DNA of 64,000 nt from Octopus vulgaris (GCA_951406725.2 OX597824.1:18786001-18850000), one strand, 5' to 3'; shown: positions 25,842-40,530, counted from the first letter of the stretch. Notes: generated from the sequence alone by a model not told the origin. Numbers and translations: made by a program.

Positions 25842-25972
25842 ATGCATGTACGTATGTATGTACGTGTAAATAAAGGAAGGAAGGAAGGAAGATAATAGAT
25901 AGATAGATGTATATACGCATATGTATTCACACGCAGACGCACGTACACACACACACACACACGCATATATAT

Positions 25973-26070
<98 letters not shown>

Positions 26071-26220
26071 ATATATATATACATACATACATACATACAT
26101 TCATAGACGAGTAAATGTGAGCTTGTGGGTTTTAAAATTCGTGTGGTCAAGGTTAAACTGATATTGTGTTTAAGTACACTATTGAAACATGCAGGACACG
26201 GGGTTGCTGCTAGACAGAAC

Positions 26221-26223
26221 AGT

Positions 26224-26276
<53 letters not shown>

Positions 26277-26277
26277 T

Positions 26278-26321
<44 letters not shown>

Positions 26322-26580
26322 GGCGGTGGTGGTGTGGTGGCGGTGGTGTGGTGGTGGTGGTGGTGGTGGTGGTGGTGGTGGTGGTGGTGGTGGTGGTGGT
26401 GGTGGTGGTGGTCGTCGTCGTCGTCGTGGTTGTGGCGGTGGTCGTGGTGGTGGTGGAGGTGGTGGTGGTGGAGGTGGTGGAGGTGGTGGTGCTTGTGGTG
26501 GAGGTGGTGGTTGTGGTGATGGTGGTAGTGGTGGGGTGCTGCTGGTAGTGGTGCTGGTGTTGGTGGTGGTGGTAGGAGTG
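26221..26580. repeat. (GTA)n grading into (GTG)n microsatellite
   Basis: Trinucleotide runs; source of poly-P/T/G/V artefact ORFs. Confidence 0.93.
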
Positions 26581-26634
26581 GCGGGTTTAAGAAAACGCAT
26601 TAGTTTTTGTTTGTGACTTGAATTAACAATAATG

Positions 26635-26818
26635 TGGATGCGCGTGGCTTAGTGGTTAGGGACGTTGGACTTGTGATCGTTAGATTATGGTTTCGAATCC
26701 TAGACCGGGTGATGCATTATGTTCTTGAGCAAAACACTTCATTTCACGTTTCCTCCAGTCCACTCAGCTGGCAAAAAAATTGAGTAATGCTGCGACAGAC
26801 TAGCGTCCCATACAGGTG
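26635..26818 (+). mobile_element. tRNA-derived SINE (family D/E-like) 5' part
   Basis: TGGCTTAGTGGTTAG, GTTTCGAATCC, TTCTTGAGCAAAACAC, CTGCGACAGACTAGCGTCCC. Confidence 0.8.
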
Positions 26819-26819
26819 C

Positions 26820-27477
<658 letters not shown>

Positions 27478-27755
27478 TTATAGGAATCGTTTTGTGATGA
27501 AAGAAAATATACCTTGTTTATCTTGCTTATATAAAATCTTTGTTGTTAATATTGTTGTTGTTGTTGTTGTTGGTATTGGTATTGTTTTAGGGGTGGTGGT
27601 GATGTTTTTCTTTTGTGTGGGTGCTTTTAGTGTTATTCTTATTCTTCGCCCAACCGTGGGGGTTCGACATTAATGAAGTGGCATTCCGACTGGGGTACCC
27701 TGCCGTGACACATCAGTATTATCAATTTATAACAATCTATATTACTGCTGAGAAA

Positions 27756-27756
<1 letters not shown>

Positions 27757-27832
<76 letters not shown>

Positions 27833-27998
27833 TACACACATACACACACACACACACACACATACACCTATACACACATACACACACACATATACACACA
27901 CACATACACACACATACACACACACACATACACACATACACACACACATACACACACACACATACGCACACACATACACACACACACACACATACACA

Positions 27999-28054
<56 letters not shown>

Positions 28055-28150
28055 TACACACATATACATACACACATACACACACATACACACACACATA
28101 CACCTATACACACATACACACACACACATATACACACACACATACACACA

Positions 28151-28182
<32 letters not shown>

Positions 28183-28216
28183 TACACACATACACTCATA
28201 CACACACACACACACA
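27757..28216. repeat. (CA)n/(CATA)n microsatellite
   Basis: Long imperfect CA run. Confidence 0.95.
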
Positions 28217-28457
28217 TCATCTTATCACGTACATAAACACACATTTTCTCTTTCTTCTCCTCCGTCTCTCTCACCCTCTGTTCCCTCTCTCTAATTCTGT
28301 CTATTTGTTCCTTTCTCTTCATCTCTCCTCCTTTCTCTCTCTTTCCCTCTCACTCTCCCAAAAGTGAGCCTCGTTAGAATATTTTATACAAAAGACGTAA
28401 AAAAAAAACCCAAGAGATTAGGGAGACGTTTTTATTAATGGTAATTAGTCCCAGGGA

Positions 28458-28876
28458 AGGCGGCGATGTGGCAGAATCGTTAGCACGCCGGGCGAAATGC
28501 GTAGCCGTATTTCGTCTGCCGTTACGTTCTGAGTTCAAATTCCGCCGAGGTTGACTTTGCCTTTCATCCTTTCGGGGTCGATTAACTAAATACCAGTTAC
28601 GCACTGGGGTCTATATAATCGACTTAATCCGTTTGTCTGTCTTTGTTTGTCCCTTCTGTGTTTAGCCCCGTGTGGGTAGTAAAGAAATAGGTATTTCCTC
28701 TGTCTTTACGTTCTGAGTTCAAAAATCCGCCGAGGTCGACTTTGCCTCTCATCCTTTCGGGGTCGATAAATTAAGTACCAGTTACGCACTGGGGCCGATA
28801 TAATCAACTTAATCCGTTTGTCTGTCCTTGTTTGTCCCCTCTGTGTGTAGCCCCTTGTGGGTAGTAAAGAAATAGT
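28458..28876 (+). mobile_element. SINE family A dimer with ~24-bp TSD
   Basis: TTATT(A/G)ATGGTAATTA(G/A)TCCCAGG on both flanks. Confidence 0.94.
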
Positions 28877-29124
28877 TATTATTGATGGTAATTAATCCCA
28901 GGTCAGTTTTTAACGTACAAGCCTAGGTCCACATGTAATCTACACATGGTTAATCAGCCTGTATTATTCCCCAGTCCGCCCTTCCTTTTTCTGACGTTAG
29001 AGAATAATTTGAGAGAAGAATGACTGCAATTTCTAATGGCCACATGCAGACTCTCTTGTGGCAAACAGCCTAAAAAGCTTAAGTACAATAGTCAATATAA
29101 ACTCAGTCAACCCCAAAACTTGAA

Positions 29125-29348
29125 TACATCCCTCGACTATCGTGGGTATTACGTTCCAAAGACCCCCGTGGTGGGTGATTATCCGCGAAGTAGAAACAGC
29201 ACTTTACAGTATATTTTTTTTATATTTTTTAAATAATTTATATATGTCTGTTTTATTATAAATGCAAAGCAACAACGCGGAGGAATCGATGTAATCTTAA
29301 ATGATAAACCGCGATTGGTGAACCGCGCGATATGGCGAGGGATTACTG
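29125..29348. mobile_element. pogo/Tigger-like MITE
   Basis: Left ATCCCTCGACTATCG, right CGATATGGCGAGGGATTACTG (CAGT-type TIR, left end eroded). Confidence 0.7.
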
Positions 29349-29427
29349 CACTTAGTTTTAAAACGTGAACTTGATGCAAACTTTTGCGGTCAGTATATGA
29401 CAGCGTCCTTGTGAAGATGGAATTGTA

Positions 29428-30000
29428 TTGGGTTGTCCGGAAAGTTCGTGCCGATTTATAGTAGCTTACTTACATTTCGACTTATTTTAGAACATGGTTG
29501 AGTCCATAAAATAGGATTTCACTACACCTCCATTTAGAGCACAGTTTAAGCTATCTTTTCGTGGAAGAAGGTTTATGTTCCTATAACCTGTGTTAATTCT
29601 GTAACCCTTTAAAGTAAAAGATGAGAAAGTTCATTTTCGGCACTTGATGCTTTGGGAACCAGACAAAAATTGCTGTAGCTCGGCTGGGATGTGTTACCCC
29701 ACCCCCCTCAATATTCACCAGATTTTGCTCCTTCGGATTTCCACTTATTCAGGTCTCTGCAGAATAGTCTTAATGGTAAAAATTTTAATTCCTTGGATGA
29801 CGTAAAAAGATACCTTGATGTATTCTTTGCCATGAAACCACCTCAATTCTGGAAATAGGGTATTTTCAGGTTAAAGGAAAGATGGAGACGCATTGTGCAA
29901 CAAAATGTTTCATATTTGGTTAATTAAAAATGTAATGGCAAGTATTTATTGACCTTTTTCTTTCCTCTAAAAATCGGCACGAACTTTCCGGGCAACCCAA
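29428..30000 (+). mobile_element. Internally deleted mariner (573 bp)
   Basis: TA TSD; TIR TTGGGTTGTCCGGAAAGTTCGTGCCGATTT; KVHFRHLML N-terminus fused to LGWDVLPHP..YSPDFAPSDFHLFRSLQNSL..ERWRRIVQQN C-terminus with stops. Confidence 0.95.
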
Positions 30001-30839
30001 TATAAGAATCTTGATGTGAGACCGTTGTTCTAACCGAACTAAGTTTAACGAGAAAGAGCCACCATTTTTAGCCAAATGAAAATACATACAATTTGGTTAT
30101 TGTATGCACTAAAATTATTAATTAAAATCTCTTTTCAATCACGCCCTAAAATTTTGTAAAAGGAAGATACAATTGATAAAGATGTCCTTGACCTTCTCTA
30201 AATACATAATTGAAAGGTTTAATGTTGATGGCTGACACAGCTTTGGTTATATGTCTCTTGGCATAAAGATGATTTAGGCTTAGGCGAAAAACAACATGAA
30301 GAACGAGCATACAAATGCGATCACTGAACCTGAGAGACATAAAACCAAAATAAATATAAAACTCTCTCAAATCATGCCTTACTATTTAGCAAAAATAAGA
30401 TTTACTATAGATCATATATAATGTAATATAGTGCTCGACACACTCTATATATCGAGAAAAAATGATAGGATTGTCACGGTTGTAACACCATTCGAGAGAT
30501 GAAGTCATCTGTGGACCATGGGTAGTTGTTCAAATGAATTGCTTCGAGTCGTAGTTCCACTCAATTAAACCTGATTGGTTTTAAATAACAATAACAACAA
30601 CGTGGCTTTAATTTTCTCATCGGACCGGAAAACAAGAGGATGTCGTTGACAACGCAGAAATCCGGAACTAATTGGTATTATTAGAAGGGGAGTCTGGTTC
30701 CCTCCCATCATCCACATCGCCTGACATGTTGATTCCTTATTTCATTAGTCATGTGATTAATTTTTCAGGGAAGAGAGCTCTGGTTGGCTCTAGTGCCCTA
30801 TAGCATAATACTGGATTATCTGTAACCTGAACAAATGTT

Positions 30840-31120
30840 TAAGATGTTCGCCTTACAGTCACGAGATCCCGGATTCGATCGCACAACACGGGGCACCGAA
30901 CAAGACCGCTGCCTTCAGAATAAATTAGGGTGTGTAACCCCTTTGAAAGGAATGTACCTGTAATTCAAAGATCCAGACTTGCTACTCTGTGACACACTAA
31001 TTATTCTAGAGAACTGAGTACACAGGTCTGAGAGATACTCAACCACTTATACGCTAATATAAGTAGGCAATTCCATTGATCGAACTACTGAATGCTCATC
31101 TCCAAAACCGACTAGAGACC
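30840..31120 (+). mobile_element. Degenerate SINE family C-like copy
   Basis: GATTCGATC B-box-like, TGTACCTGTAATTCAAAG, CCATTGATCGAACTACTG resemble 43590 copy. Confidence 0.55.
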
Positions 31121-33127
31121 ATTTATTTTTATACCAATATTACTGGAACTTATGTTATTGCTGTTGTTTATTCATGATCAGACTTAATCGAACAGATCTT
31201 TGATCTTAGCTCCAAATTGCGATGCTCAATAATTCTATTAACCTTGTTTTTATATTCGAAAACTTGTCAAGTGATCAAAGCCTGCTTTATTAGATCCTCC
31301 TGCACTGATGACATCCAGCAATACCGAAACAAACCCGTAGCTGTCCCCTTGCATGCAAATATCAATAAGAAACATTAACAATGCATGTGTAGTGAAAAGG
31401 CCTAAACTTAGTGTTTTTACATATTGAATATTACAAAATATATTAGGATGAAGATATGGCATGACTTTTTTTCTAAATCCTCAGAGATGGATGTATTGAG
31501 TTTCATAGTATTTTCTGCAACCCCTATAAAGAATTTGGGGAATATTGTCAGTAAGGGAGACTTTAGCGCTATAACTAAAACTTTGAAATGGTATTGACCA
31601 TCAGGTGAACGAGAAATACAGCTATTACTGTTGCTTCTAAACGAAAAACTTGAACTGCATCAGAAATATTTTTGCTGTTCAATTTTTCGCAGTAAATTAA
31701 ATAATACACGAATAATTATAAATTTAATTCGTCGTGTAATATCTAAAATGAAATCTTTACACTCTAAATTTAAGAAGACTCTAGCAATGCGAGGGTAGAG
31801 TGCAAACTATAAGGGGGATATTTCATTTCCCTAATTTTAAGCTCATAAACATTGACATTTGTGTGTGCGGGAGATGGGGTGTGATTTTGTATAAAACCGC
31901 TATTCTTTAATGCATCATTATAATAAGGTTTATATCAACCGACGGATAACTTATCTGAAGATATGCAAGATATTCGTTTAAAAATTACTGCTAACTATCT
32001 TTATTTTAAATTGTATTTAATCATGTCAAAGGGAAATGGAATTTAATTAAAATTAAAAGCATTTAATCAAAATTTACATTTCTAGTGGTCTAACGTGTAA
32101 AAAAATTTAGTCAAAAAGACTATATATTAGTCATACGATATAGTGTATATTTAAACACATAAGGAATCCACTTATAGGGATTCTACACGCTAGAAAGAAC
32201 AGCTAGGTTCTATAGCCACAAAAATTGGGGATAAAATTCGACAGGAATAAATTTGGAAAATGTTTTTCATTTCCAAATTTATTTCAAATTGTGTAAAAGA
32301 GAGCAGACTCCTTTATATGCCAGAGTGTTTTCGTGGGATTTTTTTATAAGAGCAGCATTTACTGTTATTAAAGTAGCTTTCAGAAACATGACGCTTAGAT
32401 TAGTCTCATTCTGATCCTTGAATCTAAATTCTTTAAATATTCCGATATTCTGCAGTCTGAATTTATCTAATTCATGAACGTTCATATTACGAGAGGTAAT
32501 TACATCATCAATCAGTACAAGATATTCTACAGGAAAGGCAATCTATGTTGAAGTCAATCTAAAATACGAAAATCGATAACTTCGCATAATTCGGCGCCAT
32601 CATGCCGAGCCGACACACAGACGTTAAGCACTTCTTTACCATTCGTTTAAACGCCAAAACAGTTGTGAAAAATTAGATGAGATTTCTTTAACATGTGAGT
32701 TGGATTTGATATCAGATATACTGACTGAAATAATATTACTGACAAAAATTACAGCTTTGGGGAGAAGAGATAAAATTATGGAGCAATATAACGCTGCTCT
32801 ATCATAATGTGTAGACCTATTTTGGTGCGTGTTATTTATATTGATAAATCGTTTTATAACAGATGTACTGTTATATCATAACTGAAGGGGATAGATAGAT
32901 AGATACATACATACATACATACATACATAATCAGTATATATTTCATTGGGATCAATTGATGGAAAGGTGCAGCAGGGACAATACTTGATATACTGTAACG
33001 CTTATTGGGTTTTCTTATAAGGGCTTTAAGTTTAGTGTGCACTATAATCCTGTTTATTAATTTTGGCCACAGCTCGTGAGCTGAAAATAGATAAAATAAA
33101 AATAAATAAAAATATATATATACACAC

Positions 33128-33162
<35 letters not shown>

Positions 33163-33164
33163 GG

Positions 33165-33338
33165 TCGTTAGTCACTAGACAATTTTTTTTTCTTTCCTTG
33201 TTTTCTGTGTCCCTTTCTATAGAAGAGCGTAGGCTCGAAACATAAAAGACTTTTTCTATTCCTGAGCTTTATACTAATACATCTGTTTGTTTTGTACACC
33301 ACCTGTATTCCTCTTTTGTTGTTTTTTTCGTAAACTCT

Positions 33339-33342
<4 letters not shown>
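33165..33342 (+). mobile_element. Penelope-like end repeat (family H3) with degenerate hammerhead
   Basis: CTTT CTATAGA A GAGC GTAG GCTC GAAA CA TA AAAG; related minus copy at 47712-47895; ends in (TA)n. Confidence 0.6.
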
Positions 33343-33396
<54 letters not shown>

Positions 33397-33407
33397 TCAC
33401 ATTCAAA

Positions 33408-33624
33408 ATGTGACCGTGTGTGTACCGTTGGCGATTTTTTTCCCTCTGTCTTCCCTTCTCTGGATCTTTCCTTCTCCTATGTTTCCGACGAAGAGCTCCG
33501 CTCGAAACGTTAAACCCTCCTTCTTCCAACCACATACCACAGTTACACATGCAGTCCAATAATACTATATTTGTTCCACGTCCTCGCGTTGTTGTGATTT
33601 CTCGTTGTGTTTTCATGTTTGGAT

Positions 33625-33628
<4 letters not shown>
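33408..33628 (+). mobile_element. Hammerhead-bearing repeat family H1
   Basis: Homologous to 7097-7302; (TA)n flanks. Confidence 0.8.
33481..33515 (+). ncRNA. Minimal type I hammerhead-like motif
   Basis: GTTT CCGACGA A GAGC TCC GCTC GAAA CG TT AAAC; U4C core variant; loopless palindromic stem III; identical to reverse complement of 7197-7231. Confidence 0.6.
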
Positions 33629-33672
<44 letters not shown>

Positions 33673-34076
33673 AAGCACTAATGTCGCATAAGGCATTGCT
33701 GAATAAAATGTGTTGATATAAAATAATATTCAGCACGTTCTCCGACATGTATGCTTGTTGAATGTGACTTTACACGAATATACCTTAACTATTATTGTTA
33801 AATCTAAAGTTAGAGACTTCTCAACGCCACGTTTAATTAAGACTTACCTTGCAGTGATTACCTCCCTTAGAGTAACTGCTGCCTGACTCCGCCATTAACA
33901 CACAGACGTGTATGTGTGTGAGTCCGTGTGTTTATATCTATGTGAAGGCACGTGCCTTAGTGACGATGGGTTGACTAGCATGTAGCTACTGGGAGTGAAA
34001 CAAAACCAGTTCTCATTAGAACTTCCTTCCAGGAGAAAGTAAACTTACATAAAAATCTTCTCAAATATGAAGGCAT

Positions 34077-34475
34077 AGGCGCAGGCGCGGCTGTGTGGTA
34101 AGTAGCTTGCTTACTAACAACATGGTTCCGGGCTCAGTCCCACTGCGTGGCACCTTGGGCAAGTGTCTTCTACTATAGCCTCGGGGCCACCAAAGCCTTG
34201 TGAGTGGATTTGGTGGACGGAAACTGAAAGCCCGTCGTATATATATATGTATGTATGTATGTGTGTGTGTGTGTGTGTGTCTGTCTGTTTTTCCACCCCC
34301 CATATCGCTTGACAACCGATGGGGGTGTGTTTACGTTCCCGTAACTTAGCAGTTCGGCAAAATAGATCCGATAGAATAAGTACTAGGCTTACAAAGAATA
34401 AGTCCTGGGGTCGATTTGCTTTGCTCGACTAAAGGCGGTGCTTCAGCATGGCCGCAGCCAAATGATTGAAACTAA
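34077..34475 (+). mobile_element. SINE family B
   Basis: Complete head, internal microsatellite and tail. Confidence 0.92.
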
Positions 34476-35424
34476 GACTGACAAGATTATTCCGAGCGAG
34501 TCCTCTATTCAGAGAGAGAGAGAGAGAGAGGACGTGAGAGAAAGAGAGAGAAAAGAGAGAGGGAGGGTGAGAGAGAAAAGAGGGAGGGAGGGTGAGAGAG
34601 AAGAGAGAGAGAGAGAGGAGGAGGGGGAGAGGGAATAATGTCTGTGTGAATGAGTAGGTGGGAGCAGTCTTAATGTGCTGCATGTGTAACCGTGGTATGT
34701 GGTTGGGCGTGATTGTAAAGAAGTGCTTGGTGGAAACGGGTGGGGTGGGGGACTATCTATGGCGGTGGCGGTAATGGTGGTTATTGTGGTGGTTGTGGTA
34801 GTGACACTCATGATCTGACCTCTTTCTCCCACCCCCCTCTCTCTCTCTCTCTTTCTTTCTCGCTTCTTCTCTTCCTCTCTTTCCTTTTGTCTCTCTTTTC
34901 TCTCGCGGTTTCACCCTTTCATTTTCGTTTTTCTACGTCATTCATCCTGTTGTTAGTTCTCTTCAATCCATTATTTCATTATCCTTTCTCTTTCTTTCCC
35001 TCTTTCTCTTTCCCCCTCTCTCTCTCTTTCTTTCCCCCCTCTCTCTCTCTCTCACTGATTCGTTACCCTTACCACTCCCCCTCTCACTATTCTCTCGCCT
35101 GACGCCAAGCCAAGCCAAGGTGTGAATAGACAGTGAGCAACATATAAGCTATTGCGTTCTAATCACGTGACCACACAGCTAACCTCCATGTCCTTCTTCT
35201 TTGTCACTCCTTCTATATGACACCTCCTACTATTCTCTCTTACTCTATTACCCACTGTTGCTGCACCGAAGAAGCGGTCACGAGTTCCGCGTGTACAACG
35301 TTCCTGATAAGGATTCATTTCTGCTAATTCCATGATTCCAGAATCACAAATAACCAAGATCCTTTTTAACTTAGCAAAGGTTTCGCAGAACAATTTCAAA
35401 TTTATTCATTTAGTGTTAAACTAA

Positions 35425-35730
35425 ATGATCTCATTCTCGCTCACAACATCATAAGCGAAAAGTGTAACCTCTCGAAAGAGCTGTTCTTCACTCCTGCTCT
35501 AGAGAGCGGACTGCGGGGTCACTCCGAAAGGCTCTATCTACGACGATTTCATCTCAATCGAAGGAAAGGGGCTTTCTCCGTCCGAGTTGTGGATCCGTTG
35601 AATAAGCTGCCGGACGAGATAGTGAAGATACCGACGACAGCTCGGTTCAAATTCTCTCTTGACCAGAAACGGCCTGAACTCTTTGTATGACATCCTCCCT
35701 GTACATAACTCCCTGTCCCCCTACAAACCA
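35425..35730 (+). mobile_element. CR1 LINE 3' end remnant
   Basis: DLILAHNII..LRGHSERLYLRRFHLNRRKGAFSVRVVDPLNKLPDEIV..FKFSLD, the CR1 C-terminal signature. Confidence 0.85.
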
Positions 35731-36055
35731 CCGGGCCATTGCGCCTCCACTCCCCTCATGATGGAATGCTAATATCAATAATTTTGCTTTTCCTACTCAA
35801 ATGATAACTTTTGGTATTTTCTCTGTTCACATACTTTTGGTGTCGTTTCGGCTTTCATAACCTTCCTAAGCAGATTAGATAACAATTATTGTTGTTGTTT
35901 AAGCTTACATCCACCCTGATTGAGCAGACATATATTCCATCAATAATCATGCCAAAGTTTTGCTTAGAACTACATTAGTCAATATTTAAGTCGCTACAGT
36001 GAGTTTTAAGAAAGATATGGGTTCAATTTGAATAAGAGGATTTGAAAAGTTACAA

Positions 36056-36475
36056 AGGTGGCGTGCTGGCAGAAACGTTAGCACGCTGGGCGAAATGCTT
36101 TGCGATATTTCGTCTGCCGTTACGTTCTGAGTTCAAATTCCGCTGAGGTCGACTTTGCCTTTCATCCTTTCGGGGACGATAAATTAAGTACCAGTTACGT
36201 ACTGGGATCGATATAATCGACTTAATCCGTTTGTCTGTCCTTGTTTCTCTCCTCTGTGTTTAGCCCCTTGTGGGTAGTAAAGAAATAGGTATTTCGTCTG
36301 CCGCTACGTTCTGAGTTCAAATTCCGCCGAGGTTGACTTTGCCTTTCATCTTTTCAGGGTCGATTAAATAATAAGTGCCAGTTACGCACTGGGGTCGATG
36401 TAATCGACCTAATCCCTTTCTATGTCCTTGTTTGTCCCCTCTGTGTTTAGCCTTCTGTGGGCAATAAAGAAATAA
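36056..36475 (+). mobile_element. SINE family A dimer
   Basis: Junction AAAGAAATAG|GTATTTCGTC at ~36288. Confidence 0.94.
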
Positions 36476-37007
36476 ATTTGAAGAAGAGATCAACATGTTT
36501 GCTTGTTCTGACAGACACAGAAGCAATTTTCCTCAAATCGTACAAAAAATATAAATAAAACGATCCCATTTGTTACGGAGTCGTAGGTAAATGTAAAAGA
36601 AATGTGAAAAAAAGGTGAAACTTCTGCAACAACTTTGATCTTGCCCAGGACATACAGACACACATACAAACATACATGCAGACTAACACACAAACATACA
36701 TACATACCCACACACACACATGCATACATCATACATGCATATGTACATATGCATGCATACGTACATACATATGTACGGACGTACGTACATGCATACATAC
36801 ACACACAGATATATATATATATACATACATACTTACATACATGTGAGTGTGGTTAGTATGTGTGTTTGTGTGTATTTATATAGGTGCGTATGTATTTATC
36901 TTTTAACATACACATATATTTACATACATGTAAACGTACACACATATACGCACCCACACAGACACGCACAAACACACAGTCACACGCATACACATATATA
37001 CATATCC

Positions 37008-37078
<71 letters not shown>

Positions 37079-37191
37079 AGTAGTTGAATGAATTATCTTG
37101 TTATGGATAATTCGGTTAACCGATACCTGGGTAGCAAATTCACATCAGAGAAGACACGTTTGAAGTTACGTGCTTTCGTGTGGAAATTTGT

Positions 37192-37259
<68 letters not shown>

Positions 37260-37787
37260 TATACACATAAAGCCACCGCCGTTTGCGTGATTACAGACAC
37301 GGTAGCACAGAGCAATACACACACATACACACACACACATACACACAGACAAATGCACGTAGATGGACATACACGAAACACGCAAGCACATATCCGTACC
37401 AACGTAAACCATGCAAATACACATACCTTTGTACAAATATAGACATATGTCTATTAGGAATGTAACTTTCTAAGAAATTCTTTACATTTAAATACAATTG
37501 ATAAAAGACTGTAAAGCAAGGTCACGCTCCACTTAGCGACTAAATCTATGGACGATAAGTGTTTAGTGGACAGCAAATGCTGCCATAGTTAAAAGTCAAC
37601 CAGGCTTTCACTGTTTAGTATATAAGCCCTATTAACGATTCATTGAAGGAGCTAAGCCGGCAAGTGGTCGTTTGAACTACTAGAAATAGCAGGCGTGTTT
37701 CTCATTGAGTACAATAGAGGAAGGTCACATTGCGTAATGTACTCGTTAAAACTAAAAATGGGCGATACAGATAAACTGGACAACCTA

Positions 37788-37976
37788 TAGGCGTAGAAGT
37801 GGCTGTGTGGTGAGAAGTTTGCTTATCAACCACATGGTTCCGGGTTCAGTCCTACTGCGTGGCACCTTGGGCAAGTGTCTTCTACTATAGCCTCGGGCCG
37901 ACCAAAGCCTTGAGAGTGAATTTGGTAGACGGAAACTGAAAGAAGCCCGTCGTATATATGTATATGTATATATATT

Positions 37977-38031
<55 letters not shown>

Positions 38032-38246
38032 GTGTATGTTTGTGTGCCTGTGTTTGTCCCCCCAACATCGCTTGACAACCGATGCTGATGTATTTACGTC
38101 CCCGTAACTTAGCGGTTCGGCAAAAGAGACCAATAGAATAAGTACTAGGCTTACAAAGAATAAGTCCTGGGGGGGTCGATGTGCTCGACTAAAGGCGGTG
38201 CTCCAGCATGGCCACCACAGTCAAATGACTGAAACAAGTAAAAGAG
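37788..38246 (+). mobile_element. SINE family B
   Basis: Complete copy. Confidence 0.93.
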
Positions 38247-38289
38247 TATTAAATCAACAAAATCACGCATAAAGTATATAAAGTATATA

Positions 38290-38493
38290 AAGGTATATAT
38301 ATAAAGAGCATTAAGTAATCGTCGTATTCCAGTTTCCTTCACTTTTCAATGAGTAGCAGATGAGCGACCATCTTTCCATACAGACACAACACAGGCTACG
38401 CTTTCAGGCATTTTTTTTTCTTTGGATAAAATTTCCAGAAATAACCCAATAAGTTTACCATTAATTCCGTGAAATATTCATGGGTCCCGCTAG
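38290..38493 (+). mobile_element. Short Helitron-like element or 3' end
   Basis: Hairpin CCGTGAA ATA TTCATGG followed by CTAG|T; 5' boundary uncertain. Confidence 0.55.
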
Positions 38494-38904
38494 TATACAT
38501 ATAATTCTCCATTTATTACAAGCGCAAGAATCTTCGTTGTGAAAAGCCTTCTTTCAAAGCCTGTAAAACTACATAACGGCAGACAGCCTATGGTGAGTAT
38601 ACTAATCGGTTTGTCTCCCTTGTAAACTTCTCCAATTTACCGATAGACCTGGAAACACATTAACGCACAAAACGTTACGTATAATATATATATATATATG
38701 TGTGTATGTGTGATTGTGTGAATACTTGTGAAATCGCGAGATGATATATAAATGTGTAAGATTGTGTAGGTACCCACCTCTGTGTGTGTGTGTGCGTGTG
38801 TGTGTGTGAGAGAGAGCATATAGATATGCGTGTGTATGTGTGTGTGAGCGTATCTATGTATATATCTATATACTGGAATATGTATACATCTATCTTTCTA
38901 TCTA

Positions 38905-38965
<61 letters not shown>

Positions 38966-39074
38966 TATACATATATACATATACATACATTCGTACATAC
39001 GTGTGTGTGCGTGCGTGTGTGTAAGTATGTCTCCTTCCCTTTCATAGAAAGAAAGATAAATGCATACATATTCG

Positions 39075-39106
<32 letters not shown>

Positions 39107-39135
39107 ATAGATAGATAGGTAGAGAGAGAGAGTGA

Positions 39136-39185
<50 letters not shown>

Positions 39186-39529
39186 TATATGGAGATCCAT
39201 CACAGATCTAAATATATCTTTTGGCGTATGAATATCCATAATATAAAACATATTTTACGTATACAACACACACACACACACACACATATACATGTATATA
39301 TATTTGTATTTGCGTCTATACATGCATACACACATATATATATATTCAGACACACACACATACATATGTGTGTGTGTGTGTGTATTGATATATGGCAGTT
39401 TATGAATATAACACATATATAGATGTACGTGTTCATATTTGCATCTATGGATATACGTACTTACATGCATACACACACATACACACACATACACACGAAC
39501 ACACACATCATGTGTATGTGTGTGTGTGT

Positions 39530-40106
39530 GTGTGTACGTTTATATATGTGTGTGGGTACGTTTATATATGTGTATGTACGTTTATATATGTGTGTACGTT
39601 TATATATGTGCGTTTATATATATGTGTGTGTACGTTTATATATGGATGTGTGTGTGTGTGTACGTTTATATATGTGTGTACGTTTATATATGTGTGTGTT
39701 TATATATGTGTGTGTGTACGTTTATATATGTGTGTGTACGTTTATATATGTGTGTGGGTACGTTTATATGTGTGTGTACGTTTATATATGTGTGTACGTT
39801 TATATATGTGCGTTTATATATATGTGTGTGTACGTTTATATATGTGTGTGTGTGTGTGTGTGTACGTTTATATATGTGTGTACGTTTATATATGTGTGTA
39901 CGTTTATATATGTGTGTGTTTATATATGTGTGTGTGTGTACGTTTATATATGTGTGTACGTTTATATATGTGTGTACGTTTATATATGTGTGTGTTTATA
40001 TATGTGTGTGTGTGTACGTTTATATATGTGTGTGTACGTTTATATATGTGTGTGTACGTTTATATATGTGTGTACGTTTATATATGTGTGTGTGTGTGTG
40101 TGTGTG
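39530..40106. repeat. Minisatellite (TG)n-TACGTT-(TA)n, ~18-24-bp unit
   Basis: Over 20 tandem copies of TGTGTACGTTTATATA. Confidence 0.93.
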
Positions 40107-40530
40107 TAGGACTATTTGCGTGTGTCAGATGTCTCCAACAGCTCTTTTACCATTAGCCCATTTTTCCCTTGTAACGATACGATGTTATCAACAAATTGTA
40201 ATGGACTATTCCAGCGTGTCAACACAAAAGGAAAAGCTAGGGGAGCGTCAGGTTGGCAAGTCAGATAAAAGAGAACATTAAGTAGTGAATGATTCTGTAA
40301 CAGCGGTGGGTAAATGATGGTGGCGGCGGCTGTGGTGGTGGTGGTGATGGGGTTGATGGGGTTGAAAAAAAAACGTGGTGGAAAATGGTGGCAATGTATT
40401 GGTGTGCGGTGGGAGTACTGGGAAGGGAAAACGGATTGGGGGATATTCTTAGGGGCCGTCTTGTGATATGAATGAAAGTAAAATGTAGGTTGATGTGGTA
40501 TCACAAGCCAGCATAGGGAACGGGAGAACA

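Noticed and set aside
25716-26600. Formin/extensin-like poly-proline ORF
   Set aside because: It is a (GTG)n/(GTA)n microsatellite running into TA and CA repeats
38217-38246. SINE B tail AGTC-AAAT-GACT-GAAA-CAAG-TA-AAAG as a hammerhead
   Set aside because: Resembles the 3' half only; no CUGANGA or stem I partner upstream; more likely a LINE-recognition stem-loop
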